From contig OY970208.1 of NCBI GenBank assembly GCA_963713865.1, forward strand, positions 651,957 through 715,956: a DNA stretch of 64,000 nt, read 5' to 3'. How positions within the stretch are numbered: the stretch's first letter is position 1; each line of letters opens with the position of its first letter. A program made the position numbers and the translations under genes. The DNA comes from an uncultured candidate division Zixibacteria bacterium. GTDB taxonomy: Bacteria; Zixibacteria; MSB-5A5; RBG-16-43-9. This document shows, one piece after another, positions 1-9,903 of the stretch. The notes beneath the pieces were generated by a model. That model was not told the DNA's origin and searched no databases. It saw only the letters and a program-made list of their open reading frames with translations.

Positions 1-198
1 TATTGTTAGAAAGCGGTTTTAAGCCAAAAGTCTGACCAGAACAAAAAGCTGGTAGAAAAACCAGATTTAAGAAAAGAATTAAAAAAAACTTTTTTCTCAC
101 TCCTCCCTCCTTTAAGATACTGTAGAGGCGCATAGCTATGCGTCTCTATCTTTTATAAATAACCCTAAAGGGAGTGTTGAAAAACCGGAACTAATACA

Positions 199-330
199 GT
201 GTCATTCTGAGTCCGCCATAAGCGGACGAAGAATCTATTCATGGATCAAGGAGATTCTTCAGTCGTCCGCCTTTGGCGAGACTCCCTCAGAATGACAGGA
301 TGGACTTTTTCAACATACCTAAAGGTTCAC
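199..330. repeat. nested-palindrome repeat, H family, with terminal inverted flanks (cctaaaggga…ttgaaaaacc / tttttcaaca…cctaaagg)
   Basis: gtcattctgagtccgcc...gacgaagaatc...gattcttcagtcgtc...ctcagaatgac; copy of 29396-29515 and 59927-60054. Confidence 0.85.
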
Positions 331-344
331 ACTCCAAAATCCTT

Positions 345-1373
345 TCAACCTGACTCCTTTACATCCTCTAACAACTTCTGAATAATCTCAAATGTCCCTA
401 CCCCATCTGCCTCAGCATTAAAGCTGGTAACAATCCTGTGTCGCAAAACCGGCAGGGCAACAGCTCTTACATCCTCGCAGGAAGGGGTATATCGGCCATC
501 TAAAATAGCTTTAGTCTTTGCTCCCAAGACCATATATTGGGATGCCCTTGGACCTGCTCCCCAGGTAACCCAGTTTTTTATATATTCTAATGGCTTGTCT
601 ACCTCAGGCGGATCATTTAAAAGTGGGCGGGTATACCGGGCAAGTTTTACTGCATAATTTATCACATGGTCTGATACAGGTACTTTTCTGGCAAGTTTTT
701 GCAATCTAACGATCTCTTCAGCTCCCATAACCTTATCCAGGTTCCAGGAGTAAGCCGAGGTAGTAGACTTGACTATAAGATTTTCTTCGTCTGTTGATGG
801 ATAGTTTATATAGATATTGAACATAAACCGGTCTAACTGTGCTTCAGGTAAAGGATAGGTTCCCTCCTGTTCAATCGGATTCTGGGTGGCTAAGACAAAA
901 AAAGGTTCCGTGAGCTTGTAGGTTTGTCCACCAGCAGTTACCTCATGCTCCTGCATCGCCTGAAGCAAAGCTGACTGGGTCTTGGGAGGGGTCCTGTTGA
1001 TCTCGTCAGCCAGTATTATATTGGCAAAAATTGGCCCCTGGATGAATTTAAAAGCCCTTTCCCCAGTGGTTATATTCTCCTGAATTATTTCCGTCCCGGT
1101 AATATCTGAGGGCATCAAATCCGGAGTGAATTGGATTCTGCTGAATTTCAAATCTAAAATCCTTGAGATTGTGCTGATTAGAAGGGTTTTGGCTAACCCC
1201 GGAACTCCGATTAAAAGGCAGTGTCCATTGGATAATAAAGCAATCAATAACTCATCAATAACCTTATCCTGACCGATAATAACCTTCCTGATCTCCTTTT
1301 TTATCCTGTCCCTGGCATCTCTTAATTTCTCAACTGCTAAAAGGTCATCACCCACTGGCTTTTCATTAGACAT
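345..1373 (-). CDS. MoxR-like AAA+ ATPase
   Basis: 342 aa; Walker A-like LLIGVPGLAKT, typical MoxR length and motif order. Confidence 0.85.
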   Translation of the reverse strand: MSNEKPVGDDLLAVEKLRDARDRIKKEIRKVIIGQDKVIDELLIALLSNGHCLLIGVPGLAKTLLISTISRILDLKFSRIQFTPDLMPSDITGTEIIQENITTGERAFKFIQGPIFANIILADEINRTPPKTQSALLQAMQEHEVTAGGQTYKLTEPFFVLATQNPIEQEGTYPLPEAQLDRFMFNIYINYPSTDEENLIVKSTTSAYSWNLDKVMGAEEIVRLQKLARKVPVSDHVINYAVKLARYTRPLLNDPPEVDKPLEYIKNWVTWGAGPRASQYMVLGAKTKAILDGRYTPSCEDVRAVALPVLRHRIVTSFNAEADGVGTFEIIQKLLEDVKESG

Positions 1374-1392
1374 TAAACCTCCAGGTTTTTCG

Positions 1393-1612
1393 TTACCGTA
1401 ACGTCCTCACTCCTATTCTCCCCTCCCTTGACGACCGATTAAAGCTTTACGGTCCTACGGGCTACGCCCCCGCCTGTCGGCGGGAGGCTACGCTCCTCGT
1501 AGAGGAGGGGTTAAGGGGGAGGGTGACCCCTCTCCCTACCCTCTCCCACAGGGGGAGAGGGAATTATAATCGTTGTCACTGGAGTGGCAACGCTATCTTC
1601 TCCCTCGTTTTA
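1393..1612. repeat. composite GC-rich hairpin repeat, P family
   Basis: …gattaaagctttacgg…cgtagaggaggggttaagggggagggtga…ccctctcccacagggggagagggaat…. Confidence 0.8.
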
Positions 1613-1768
1613 TATTAATACGCAAAGAAGATAGAGTCAATTTAATTCTGGATGGAAAAAGAAAAATAGAAGATGAAAAATAACGCTCTTTGTGGGTGTC
1701 CTCACCAAAGACCAGCAGAAAGTTCGGAGTGCATCGTCCGTGACGACGCACTTCAAATCACCCAATAC

Positions 1769-2425
1769 TCACTCCACTACTATCTTTTTATCTCTTATAT
1801 AAACTTTCTTTGTTTCCCCTGGCTTCAAAATAAAAGTATCAGATTCAAGCTTCTCAGGTTTAACAAATAAGAGAATCTTTTTCCATTGGTAAATCTTGTT
1901 CCAGATCTCTGTTTGTCCCCCGGAAAGCGTATAAGCCTTCAAATCCTTTTGTAAGGTATCAGAAAATTCCTCTAACCGTGTTAGTTTATATCCATCTCTG
2001 AATCCAAAAAAGCTTAAGGAGTTATCCCAGTTTAAAACCTCTGCTTGGAGCTTGAGTTTTCTATTCCCTGATATCTCAAATGTTTCTTCATAGGTTTTTC
2101 TCTCTTTACCTGCAGAGTAAAGATATAAAGTCAAATAAGAATCACCAGCCGGTTCTGTTTTAATTTCTCCGACAAATTTTTCAGAAACCAAAGAATCATA
2201 AGGACGCAGATAATTCTGCATCTGAAAAAATAACCAGGCAAAAAAGATAAACAGGATTGAGAAAAAGAAAATTATAAATCTGATTAGAGCTCCATAACCT
2301 CTTTTCTCAGACTCGTCTTGAGCATAGCGAGCTCTGGCTAATATCCAGAAAAAGAGTATAAAAAGTAAAACCAAACCCAAGCCAAGAAAAATCCCCCCAA
2401 AAATTGCAATTTTTGTTTCAGGCAT
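1769..2425 (-). CDS. hypothetical membrane protein (downstream partner of MoxR ATPase)
   Basis: 218 aa; two hydrophobic helices at N-terminus; operon position after moxR. Confidence 0.5.
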   Translation of the reverse strand: MPETKIAIFGGIFLGLGLVLLFILFFWILARARYAQDESEKRGYGALIRFIIFFFSILFIFFAWLFFQMQNYLRPYDSLVSEKFVGEIKTEPAGDSYLTLYLYSAGKERKTYEETFEISGNRKLKLQAEVLNWDNSLSFFGFRDGYKLTRLEEFSDTLQKDLKAYTLSGGQTEIWNKIYQWKKILLFVKPEKLESDTFILKPGETKKVYIRDKKIVVE

Positions 2426-2529
2426 AATTCCCCCTCTCCGGGTTTTATGTCCTATAAACCGAAACTCAGATGATGATTTAAACCATTTATTTTACTCTTT
2501 AAGTTAACCCTAAAAAGAGTCAACATTTA

Positions 2530-2640
2530 ACAAAATGGATGTGGATAAATATCTTTTCGAACCCGCATTCTTTTATGATAACCCTTTATATTATAATAAT
2601 TTAACATGCTATCCACATATCCTCTTTTTTTATCCACATT
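2530..2640. promoter_or_regulatory. cluster of three DnaA-box-like sites ~23.6 kb from dnaA (TGTGGATAA 2540-2548; cTATCCACA 2609-2617; TTATCCACA 2630-2638) in an AT-rich intergenic region
   Basis: boxes read from the sequence. Confidence 0.5.
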
Positions 2641-2653
2641 TTGAAAAAAATTC

Positions 2654-3469
2654 CTAATTTATATATTCATCTGGAACCAAAGGTATATCATCTTTTCTTA
2701 TTTCATAATGCAAATGGGGAGTAGGTCTTCCGGTTCTCCCGGAAAGGGCAACTACCTCACCCCTTTTAACCCTGTCACCTTGTTTAACGAAGATTTCCGA
2801 ACAGCTGCAATAATAAGTTTTGTATCCATTTTCGTGATTTATGATAATCAGGTTTCCATATTTTCTATCCTTACCCACAAAATCTATCAAACCATCTGCA
2901 GTTGCTTTGATTTCAGTTCCAATCCTTGCAGAGATATCGATTCCCGAATGCTCTTTTTTTGTTCCGGAATTCAGAGAATAATTTTTAATTATTTTCCCCT
3001 GAAGGGGTAATCCGGATGGAATGGTGGAAAAGATCGGTATTTTCTGGGTTTTCAACTGAGAAACTGTATCCTTAATATTTAATAGAGAAAGCTTTTCCGT
3101 TCTAATATTCTTAATAGAATCCTTATCTACCGGGAATTTCACACCAGCTATCTGGGCTACCTGATGAGCAAATATACGATATTCCCTTAGCTCCTGTTCC
3201 AACTCTTTCACTTTAGAGTTGTACATCTTCAGCTGCTGGTTCTCCTTTGAAAGAGCTTGATTTAATACCAATTGAGAATTAAGTTTACCATAAGAAAAAA
3301 TTAGAAAAACGAAAAAAGCCAAAAGAAGAAAGAGTATACCCATTAAAAGAACAACAATATTAATAGATAATTTGAAATTTAATCCTTTTCCCTGGTCCGG
3401 CTCTACAGGTCCGTTCCCGGATGAAATTGAAAATTTTAGGTGATGGATTTTCTTAATATTTATCTTCAT
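2654..3469 (-). CDS. M23 family metallopeptidase (LytM-like)
   Basis: 271 aa; N-terminal TM/coiled coil; C-terminal HLHYEIR and GxTGxxTGPHLHYE-type M23 signature. Confidence 0.8.
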   Translation of the reverse strand: MKINIKKIHHLKFSISSGNGPVEPDQGKGLNFKLSINIVVLLMGILFLLLAFFVFLIFSYGKLNSQLVLNQALSKENQQLKMYNSKVKELEQELREYRIFAHQVAQIAGVKFPVDKDSIKNIRTEKLSLLNIKDTVSQLKTQKIPIFSTIPSGLPLQGKIIKNYSLNSGTKKEHSGIDISARIGTEIKATADGLIDFVGKDRKYGNLIIINHENGYKTYYCSCSEIFVKQGDRVKRGEVVALSGRTGRPTPHLHYEIRKDDIPLVPDEYIN

Positions 3470-3640
3470 CTTTCCCTTCCTTGATGGCCGATAAAAGCTT
3501 TACGGTGGCTACGCCCTTTGCTCCTCGTAGAGGAGGGATATAAGGGAGGGTGAAAGTATTTTTATTCCCCCTTCTCCCTAATCCTATCCCACGAGGGGAG
3601 AGGGAATAAACTTTCTTGGAACGGGCACCCTTGCCTGTCT
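3470..3640. repeat. composite GC-rich hairpin repeat, P family
   Basis: ttgatggccgataaaagctttacgg…cgtagaggagggatataagggagggtga…cccacgaggggagagggaat. Confidence 0.8.
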
Positions 3641-3663
3641 AATTGTTCCACTTATTAGAGTTC

Positions 3664-4536
3664 TTACAGAGTTATCTTAATCAACTCTAAGATTCTGTTC
3701 AAATCTTCATCCGAATAAAATTCAATTAAAATTTTTCCTCTCTTCCTACCTTTTACTATTTTAACTGAGGTCCCAAAATATTGTTTAAGTTTATCTTCGA
3801 TTAATTGCAGCTGAGGATAAACTCTTTTCAATCTTCTTGCTTTGAGTCTCTTTGTACCATAAATCCTTTCCTCAACTTCTCTAACTGATAACCCCTTCGC
3901 TATAATCTCTTTTGCGAATTCTATCCTTTGACTTTCAGAATCTAAACTTAGAAGAGCTCTGGCATGACCCTCTGAAAGTCTGCCTGAGACTATATGTCCC
4001 TGAATCTCAACCGACAAATTTAAAAGTCTCAAAATATTAGAAATAGTAGTCCGATCCTTCCCAACTTTTTTTGAAATATCCTCCTGGGAAACACCGAATT
4101 CTTCAATTAATTTTTTATAACCTCTACCCTGATCAATCGGATTTAAGTCTTCTCTCTGAATATTTTCAATAATTGATAGCTCTAACAAACCCTCTTTTGA
4201 CAGATTTTCTGTCAAAATGGCTGGAATTATTGACAAGCCAAGCTTTTTTACTGCAACAAGTCTTCTTTCTCCTGCAACTAATTCATATCCATCATCTATC
4301 TTTCTTACTATTATCGGCTGAATAACCCCCTTTTCTTTTATCGAATTTGCTAACTCATTTAACTTTTCAGGATCAAAACTACCTCTTGGTTGATATGGGT
4401 TAGGTTTGATCTCTTCAACTTCCAATTCTAGAACTCTTCTTTTCTCTTTTCCTATAGATTTTTCTTCAGACTTGATTTCCTGAGGTAGATCAGGAATCAA
4501 GGCTTTTATCCCTTTACCTAAAGCTACTCTGGTCAT
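3664..4536 (-). CDS. parB: chromosome partitioning protein ParB
   Basis: 290 aa; ParB box GERRLVAVKKLGL, HTH; overlaps parA as usual. Confidence 0.9.
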   Translation of the reverse strand: MTRVALGKGIKALIPDLPQEIKSEEKSIGKEKRRVLELEVEEIKPNPYQPRGSFDPEKLNELANSIKEKGVIQPIIVRKIDDGYELVAGERRLVAVKKLGLSIIPAILTENLSKEGLLELSIIENIQREDLNPIDQGRGYKKLIEEFGVSQEDISKKVGKDRTTISNILRLLNLSVEIQGHIVSGRLSEGHARALLSLDSESQRIEFAKEIIAKGLSVREVEERIYGTKRLKARRLKRVYPQLQLIEDKLKQYFGTSVKIVKGRKRGKILIEFYSDEDLNRILELIKITL

Positions 4537-5293
4537 GGTCTAAGATCTCCTTAGCTAAATTTATATAGTTCTCTGCCCCGGTGGAGGTGATATCATAAAG
4601 TATAATCGGTTTTCCAAAACTTGGCGATTCAGAAATTCTGACATTTCGGTGAATAACTGTATTATAAACTTTTAGACCGAAAAACTTTTTTGCCTCATCT
4701 GCCACCTGTTTAGACAGATTTAACCTTGTATCATACATAGTTAACAGAACCCCTTCGATCTCTAAGTTTGGATTCAGACTTTTCTGCACTAAATTTATAG
4801 TATTTAATAACTGGCCCAATCCTTCCAATCCGTAATATTCACATTGTATCGGTATAAGAACAGAATCAGATGCAGTCAGGGTATTGATAGTTAGAAGCCC
4901 TAAGGAAGGAGGTGTATCTATCAGGATAAAATTATATTCATCTTTGATGGGTATCAAAGCTGAAGTCAACTTTTTTTCTCTATTTTCTAAATTCACTAAC
5001 TCAATCTCAGACCCAACCAATCTCAAAGAGGATGGAGCAATCTCTAAAAAAGGGATTGTAGTCGGAAGGATTACCTCTTTAATCGGGACTCCATCAATCA
5101 AGACTTCGTAAATTGTTTTCTCTAATTTATTTTTATCAATCCCCATACCGGAAGTTGTATTTGCTTGAGGGTCTAAATCAATCAACAGAACTTTTTTTTC
5201 AGCCATAGCTAAGCAGGCAGAAAGATTTACTGCAGTTGTGGTTTTACCCACTCCCCCTTTTTGATTGGCAATTGCAATTACCTTCCCCATCAC
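4514..5293 (-). CDS. parA: chromosome partitioning ATPase ParA/Soj
   Basis: 259 aa; deviant Walker A KGGVGKTT. Confidence 0.9.
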   Translation of the reverse strand: MMGKVIAIANQKGGVGKTTTAVNLSACLAMAEKKVLLIDLDPQANTTSGMGIDKNKLEKTIYEVLIDGVPIKEVILPTTIPFLEIAPSSLRLVGSEIELVNLENREKKLTSALIPIKDEYNFILIDTPPSLGLLTINTLTASDSVLIPIQCEYYGLEGLGQLLNTINLVQKSLNPNLEIEGVLLTMYDTRLNLSKQVADEAKKFFGLKVYNTVIHRNVRISESPSFGKPIILYDITSTGAENYINLAKEILDHDQSSFR

Positions 5294-5438
5294 ATAAATC
5301 CTTTTTTCATAAAATCAACTCCTTATGATTTTTGTATTTATAAGAGAGAAAAGAGAAAAAATCAAGAGATTTTTTCAAAAAAAGAAGGCCCCGATAAATC
5401 GGAGCTCTTTTTTTATAGGAAATGAAGGAAAAGTAATA

Positions 5439-8349
5439 CTATTTCAGCAAGCTCATCTTGGCAGTCTTGGTAAAAGTTCCAGTCTGCATCCGGTAGAAAT
5501 ATATACCAGAGGCAACCTCTTCACCCCGATCGTTTGTGCCATCCCAGAAGATAGTATAATACGCAGGAGATTGAGTCTCATCCACTAAAACTCTGATTTT
5601 CTGACCCAGAAGATTATAGACCACTAACTTTACCTGGCTTTCCTCAGCCAGAGCATATTTTATGATTGTTCCGAAATTGAAAGGATTAGGATAATTCTGA
5701 AAAAGCTCAAATTTCTCTGGAACAACTGATGAGGCAGTTATCTTTCGTTGCTCAGGGTCTTCTGGAAAACAGTTATTTGTAGTTCCTGAGACTATACTCA
5801 CTGTATTGGAAGGATTACTCAAATCACTCGCATAATCAATAGCATAAACTTTAAAGTTGTAACTTTTTCCAAGCTCCGGCACGCAGAAAATCGTGCTTGT
5901 AGAGGTCGCTGGCACTGTCTGAGATTGAGTCCAACTTCCCCGGATTGCTGTAACCTTATACTGGGTCAAAGTGCCGGCTTTCTGATTTAAAGGTGGTTGC
6001 CAGGATAGAATAATTTCATTGGTATAGCAATAGGGACAGATTCCATTAATACTCATTCCTCCTACTGAACCAAAGCCAGGACAGCAAATCCTGTTCAACC
6101 TGGCAGTTAAATTACGCGGTGGATTAGGAAAATTTTTAACTGTAACCTCGTTGGAATATTCTGAGAAATATTGTTGGTCAAATGCCCGCACCCTGTAATT
6201 ATAAGTCTCACTTCCAACCAAGGTTGTATCAGAATAACTCGTTACATTGGAGTCAGTCGAGCCAATCTGAGACCAATTGGCTCCATCAGCTAATTTTCGC
6301 CACACTTCATAACCGGACTCATTTACATTAGGGTCAGACCAGGAGAGATTGATTCGTTGTGGAGAGCTCTGTCTACTGCCAGATAAATTGGAGGGGAGAA
6401 AGTTTGCCAGTCTGAAGAGCTTACCTTCTCCTGGGTTTAATATAGTATGAAAAATACCATATCCCGGAAAAGTATCAACCACCCCTCCTGTTAAGCAATC
6501 TATGAGATAGAAATAACGGCTTTTTTGTAAAGTAACCCTCTCACAGGGCATCTCGAGATACCCTACCCAGCGGTTCACTAACATCAGATAATCTTCTCCC
6601 AGACTATCATCTTTAAACATCCCCACCTGAACGTAATTTGAGTAGACTGGATATTTACAGGAAAAACCACAGTTAATACACGCTACGCCTGTAACTGATC
6701 CTACAAAACTCTCGGGAGCTGCCAAGACAGAATCACCCGGACCGGCCCATTTCCATTCAAGCTTTCTCAGGACAGGTCCTAAAACATCAAGTTTCTCATT
6801 TATTTGTTTGACTGCATCAAATAAATACTCATGCGTGCCGGCATAATATTGATTCTCAGGGTAAGGGTAAGTCTGAACTGGTATCCCGCTGGTATCTACT
6901 AAACCGCCATGGATAAGCGAATCATTTCGCCAGTAAGATGCATATCTGAAATACCCAACTCCTTTGGCACCATAGGCTAATGCCATATATACTGTGGCTT
7001 TTAACTCATTATTATGTGGATACCTGTAAATATCAGGATATAGAGCTTCCCAGTAAGCATCAGCACCATACCACCATTCTTTACCTTTGGTTTCTGCAGC
7101 ATTAGCTACTTTACTTACCCTCACAGCAAAAGAATCTAAGGTGGCTTGCCAGGCCTCGTTATTATTTTCAGGAGTCCTATCTCTTATTATTGGGTAATCG
7201 TCATAGAAAAGCTCATTGGGATAAGGATAAAGCTCATCCAAATATCTGTAAGTATTCCGAAATATAAAATCACCTGTAGCCTGAATGCCGGGTGCATAAT
7301 GTACTGAATCAAGGATTCGGTGAACTCTTTTACTACTGCGATATTGGTCATAATCTGGTTCATCCTGTAAACACCAGCGATATAAGGATGAATCACCAAA
7401 CTGCTCTTCGAGGGGCTTTATATTTGGGTCATTTATAAGTTTCCATTGATAGACAGTATAAGTTGTATCGGGAAGGTATTTGACGTTGAATAATGAATCG
7501 TAGATATGGTCATAAACTTCAACATAATCTATGTAAAGGTCTGTCTGCTTATACCAGTAAACCTTATAGTCAAATGAATCCCGTGAGTTATATGGTGGTC
7601 TTTCGAAAGTGAGTGTGAAAGGGTAGTATTGACCAGCAAAAGAATCATCATAGATTATAAGCCTTTCAACCAAAACCGAATCATTCCAGGTTTCCGCTAT
7701 CACATCCCAGTCATAAAGATGCACCTCTAAATTTGCCACTGTATCATTAGATGAATAGCCAGAAGGAACCTTTAATTTGAAGATGACATTGTAAACCAGA
7801 ACCACTATCCCTATCCTGCTCCCGGCTGTAATCGATACCATTAGGGTCATTCCAGAGACTATCCAAAACATACCCTCGATTATCATTTGGATTGTTCTTA
7901 GAGACAAACCAGGCATACACATAGGGAATTACTGTGCTATCTACGACTTGCTGACCATGACCAGCGTTATCATATTCCAGTTTAGTGCTCAGAAAACGGA
8001 TTTGGTTCTCAGGATCTGGAGGTTGAAAGTAATCCGGTGCATTATGTCGATCTGCCTGATACATACTGTATTGCCCCCAGGAATAGTATGCAGCATTTGC
8101 ATTTATCAGGTTCAAATGGTAGTTTTGAGCTGCAGTAAAATCATCTGTTTTAAAAGAAGTTCCGCTCTGAATCAGGGCGGTTAAACCAAGGGTATCTACT
8201 GCCTGGCAAAAGTACGGATAATAAGCGGAAGCAGTTGTACTATAAGGTGGCATATAGGCGATTCTGGGTAATTTATCCTCATAAGCAGAGACTATAATAA
8301 TTGAATTTATTATAATCATTAAACCAAATAAAAGAATTTTTTTAAGCAT
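5439..8349 (-). pseudogene. large secreted protein with FN3-like region and T9SS C-terminal sorting domain, split by a frameshift (ORFs 7747..8349 and 5439..7922 overlap in different frames)
   Basis: N-terminal ORF has a signal peptide (MLKKILLFGLMIIINSIIIVSA). The C-terminal ORF ends with a Por/T9SS CTD (NYPNPFNFGTII...GIYFYRM). The two ORFs overlap at 7747-7922, offset by one frame. Confidence 0.55.
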
Positions 8350-8365
8350 TTTTCACCCCAAAAAG

Positions 8366-9883
8366 TTACTTAATAAGTAAAAGTTTTTTACAATCTTTAA
8401 ACTCAACTGTCCCGAAGGGATCCGTACGGACACTTAACTGATAGAAATAAATCCCACTTGACACCTCCTTCCCTGAATTGTCCTTCCCGTCCCAAACAAC
8501 CTGGTAAGTTCCTGACTGTTTTTCTTCATCTACCAGAGTTTTCACTTTTTGCCCTAGTAAATTATAAATCATCAGGGTAGTGGGGATGGGTTTGCCAAAC
8601 TCCAAACTCCCAACTCTAAACTGTATTATTGTGGATGAATTAAAGGGATTAGGGTAGTTTTGGCTCAATTCAAAGTTGTGAGGAAGAGTAGTTTGTTCTT
8701 CTTCAATCGCAGTATAAGGATTTTTATAAACATAAACCCTGCCTGGAGGATAGGATGGATTATTATACCACCAGCCAGGATCGCCTACTATGGCCTCATC
8801 TACTCCATCACCATTGATGTCAGCAACACTTACTTGACTACCATAATCACCCACTTCAGAATCATAATAATGCCAATCTTGTATTGTATCCAAAGGGTTA
8901 GAACCTAAATAGGTCCAAGCTTCCCCGCCAGCTAACGTTGGAACCCCCGAGAGTAGATCCTCATATTTATCTTTATTAAAATTGCCAATTGCCCAGGATT
9001 GACCTCTGATACAAAGAGGCGCGTCTATTAGAGAGTCTATTGTATTGCCTCCAAAATATGTTCCTTCAACTGTTATTATATCCTTATATCCATCTCCGTT
9101 AACATCTCCTAAAATTACAAATCCACCTTTTAATTTTACTCTTGGTATGGTGTCTAACTGCAGTCCCCCGAAATAAATATAGGTAGAGTCATCAGGATAA
9201 TGCTCGCTGGTGGAAACTGCCAAATCTCCATAACCATCCCCATTCATATCCCCTATGGCTAACCCGTCAAAACCAAAATAATTCGGAGGTCCCTGTAAAA
9301 CATAAGCAGGTGAGGTTGACATATCTGCCCCACCCAAATATACGTACACCCAGGTAGGACTTCCATGGATAGCAACATCATCATAACCATCCTTGTTAAT
9401 ATCACCCGTAGCAATATTATCTTCAAAATAAGGGGTTGCCAGAATTTTGTCTGGAACTGTATCAAAAGGAGTACCCCCATAATAAATCCAAACCGCTGAA
9501 AATGAAAATGGAGCTACAAGCAAATCTTCAATACTATCCCCATTCACATCACCAGCAGATATGTATCTAGATGAAAAAAGAAACATAACATCAGGAATAG
9601 TATCAAAATTCTTGGAGCCAAAATAGATAAAGGTTTTCCCTACTTGCCCTACTCCTAAATCTTCAAATCCATCCTTATTTATGTCCCCTATTCCAGCTAA
9701 AACATAACCAAAATAAAGAGTATCCCTTGCCCCTTGCATTACAGCTATCTGTTGCATACCAAACTGAGCTAAAGCGGAGTTACTAAAAAGTAAACTTAAT
9801 AACAAAACGATTAGAAAACTTTTCTTCTCTGACATTTCAAATCCTTGACTTATAATCTCAGTTCCTATCAATAAATTAAGCAA
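8366..9883 (-). CDS. FG-GAP (integrin-alpha-like) repeat protein with T9SS C-terminal sorting domain
   Basis: 505 aa; signal peptide; repeated DxNxDGxxD motifs (DINKDGFEDL, DVNGDSIEDL, DMNGDGYGDL); CTD NYPNPFNSSTII...GIYFYQL. Confidence 0.8.
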   Translation of the reverse strand: MLNLLIGTEIISQGFEMSEKKSFLIVLLLSLLFSNSALAQFGMQQIAVMQGARDTLYFGYVLAGIGDINKDGFEDLGVGQVGKTFIYFGSKNFDTIPDVMFLFSSRYISAGDVNGDSIEDLLVAPFSFSAVWIYYGGTPFDTVPDKILATPYFEDNIATGDINKDGYDDVAIHGSPTWVYVYLGGADMSTSPAYVLQGPPNYFGFDGLAIGDMNGDGYGDLAVSTSEHYPDDSTYIYFGGLQLDTIPRVKLKGGFVILGDVNGDGYKDIITVEGTYFGGNTIDSLIDAPLCIRGQSWAIGNFNKDKYEDLLSGVPTLAGGEAWTYLGSNPLDTIQDWHYYDSEVGDYGSQVSVADINGDGVDEAIVGDPGWWYNNPSYPPGRVYVYKNPYTAIEEEQTTLPHNFELSQNYPNPFNSSTIIQFRVGSLEFGKPIPTTLMIYNLLGQKVKTLVDEEKQSGTYQVVWDGKDNSGKEVSSGIYFYQLSVRTDPFGTVEFKDCKKLLLIK

Positions 9884-9903
9884 AATATCTATTTAGTCAA
9901 CAG

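Noticed and set aside
2708-3010. Many antisense or short ORFs in the track embedded in longer conserved genes (e.g. 2708..3010, 4884..5111, 7187..7399, 13785..14024, 22247..22525, 29652..30325, 32984..33824, 40580..41239)
   Set aside because: They lie opposite or inside well-supported conserved CDSs and have low-complexity translations, so they are spurious.
5325-5588. 87-aa plus-strand ORF between parA and the T9SS gene
   Set aside because: It overlaps the 3' end of the large minus-strand gene. It has a basic, low-complexity N-terminus and is probably spurious.
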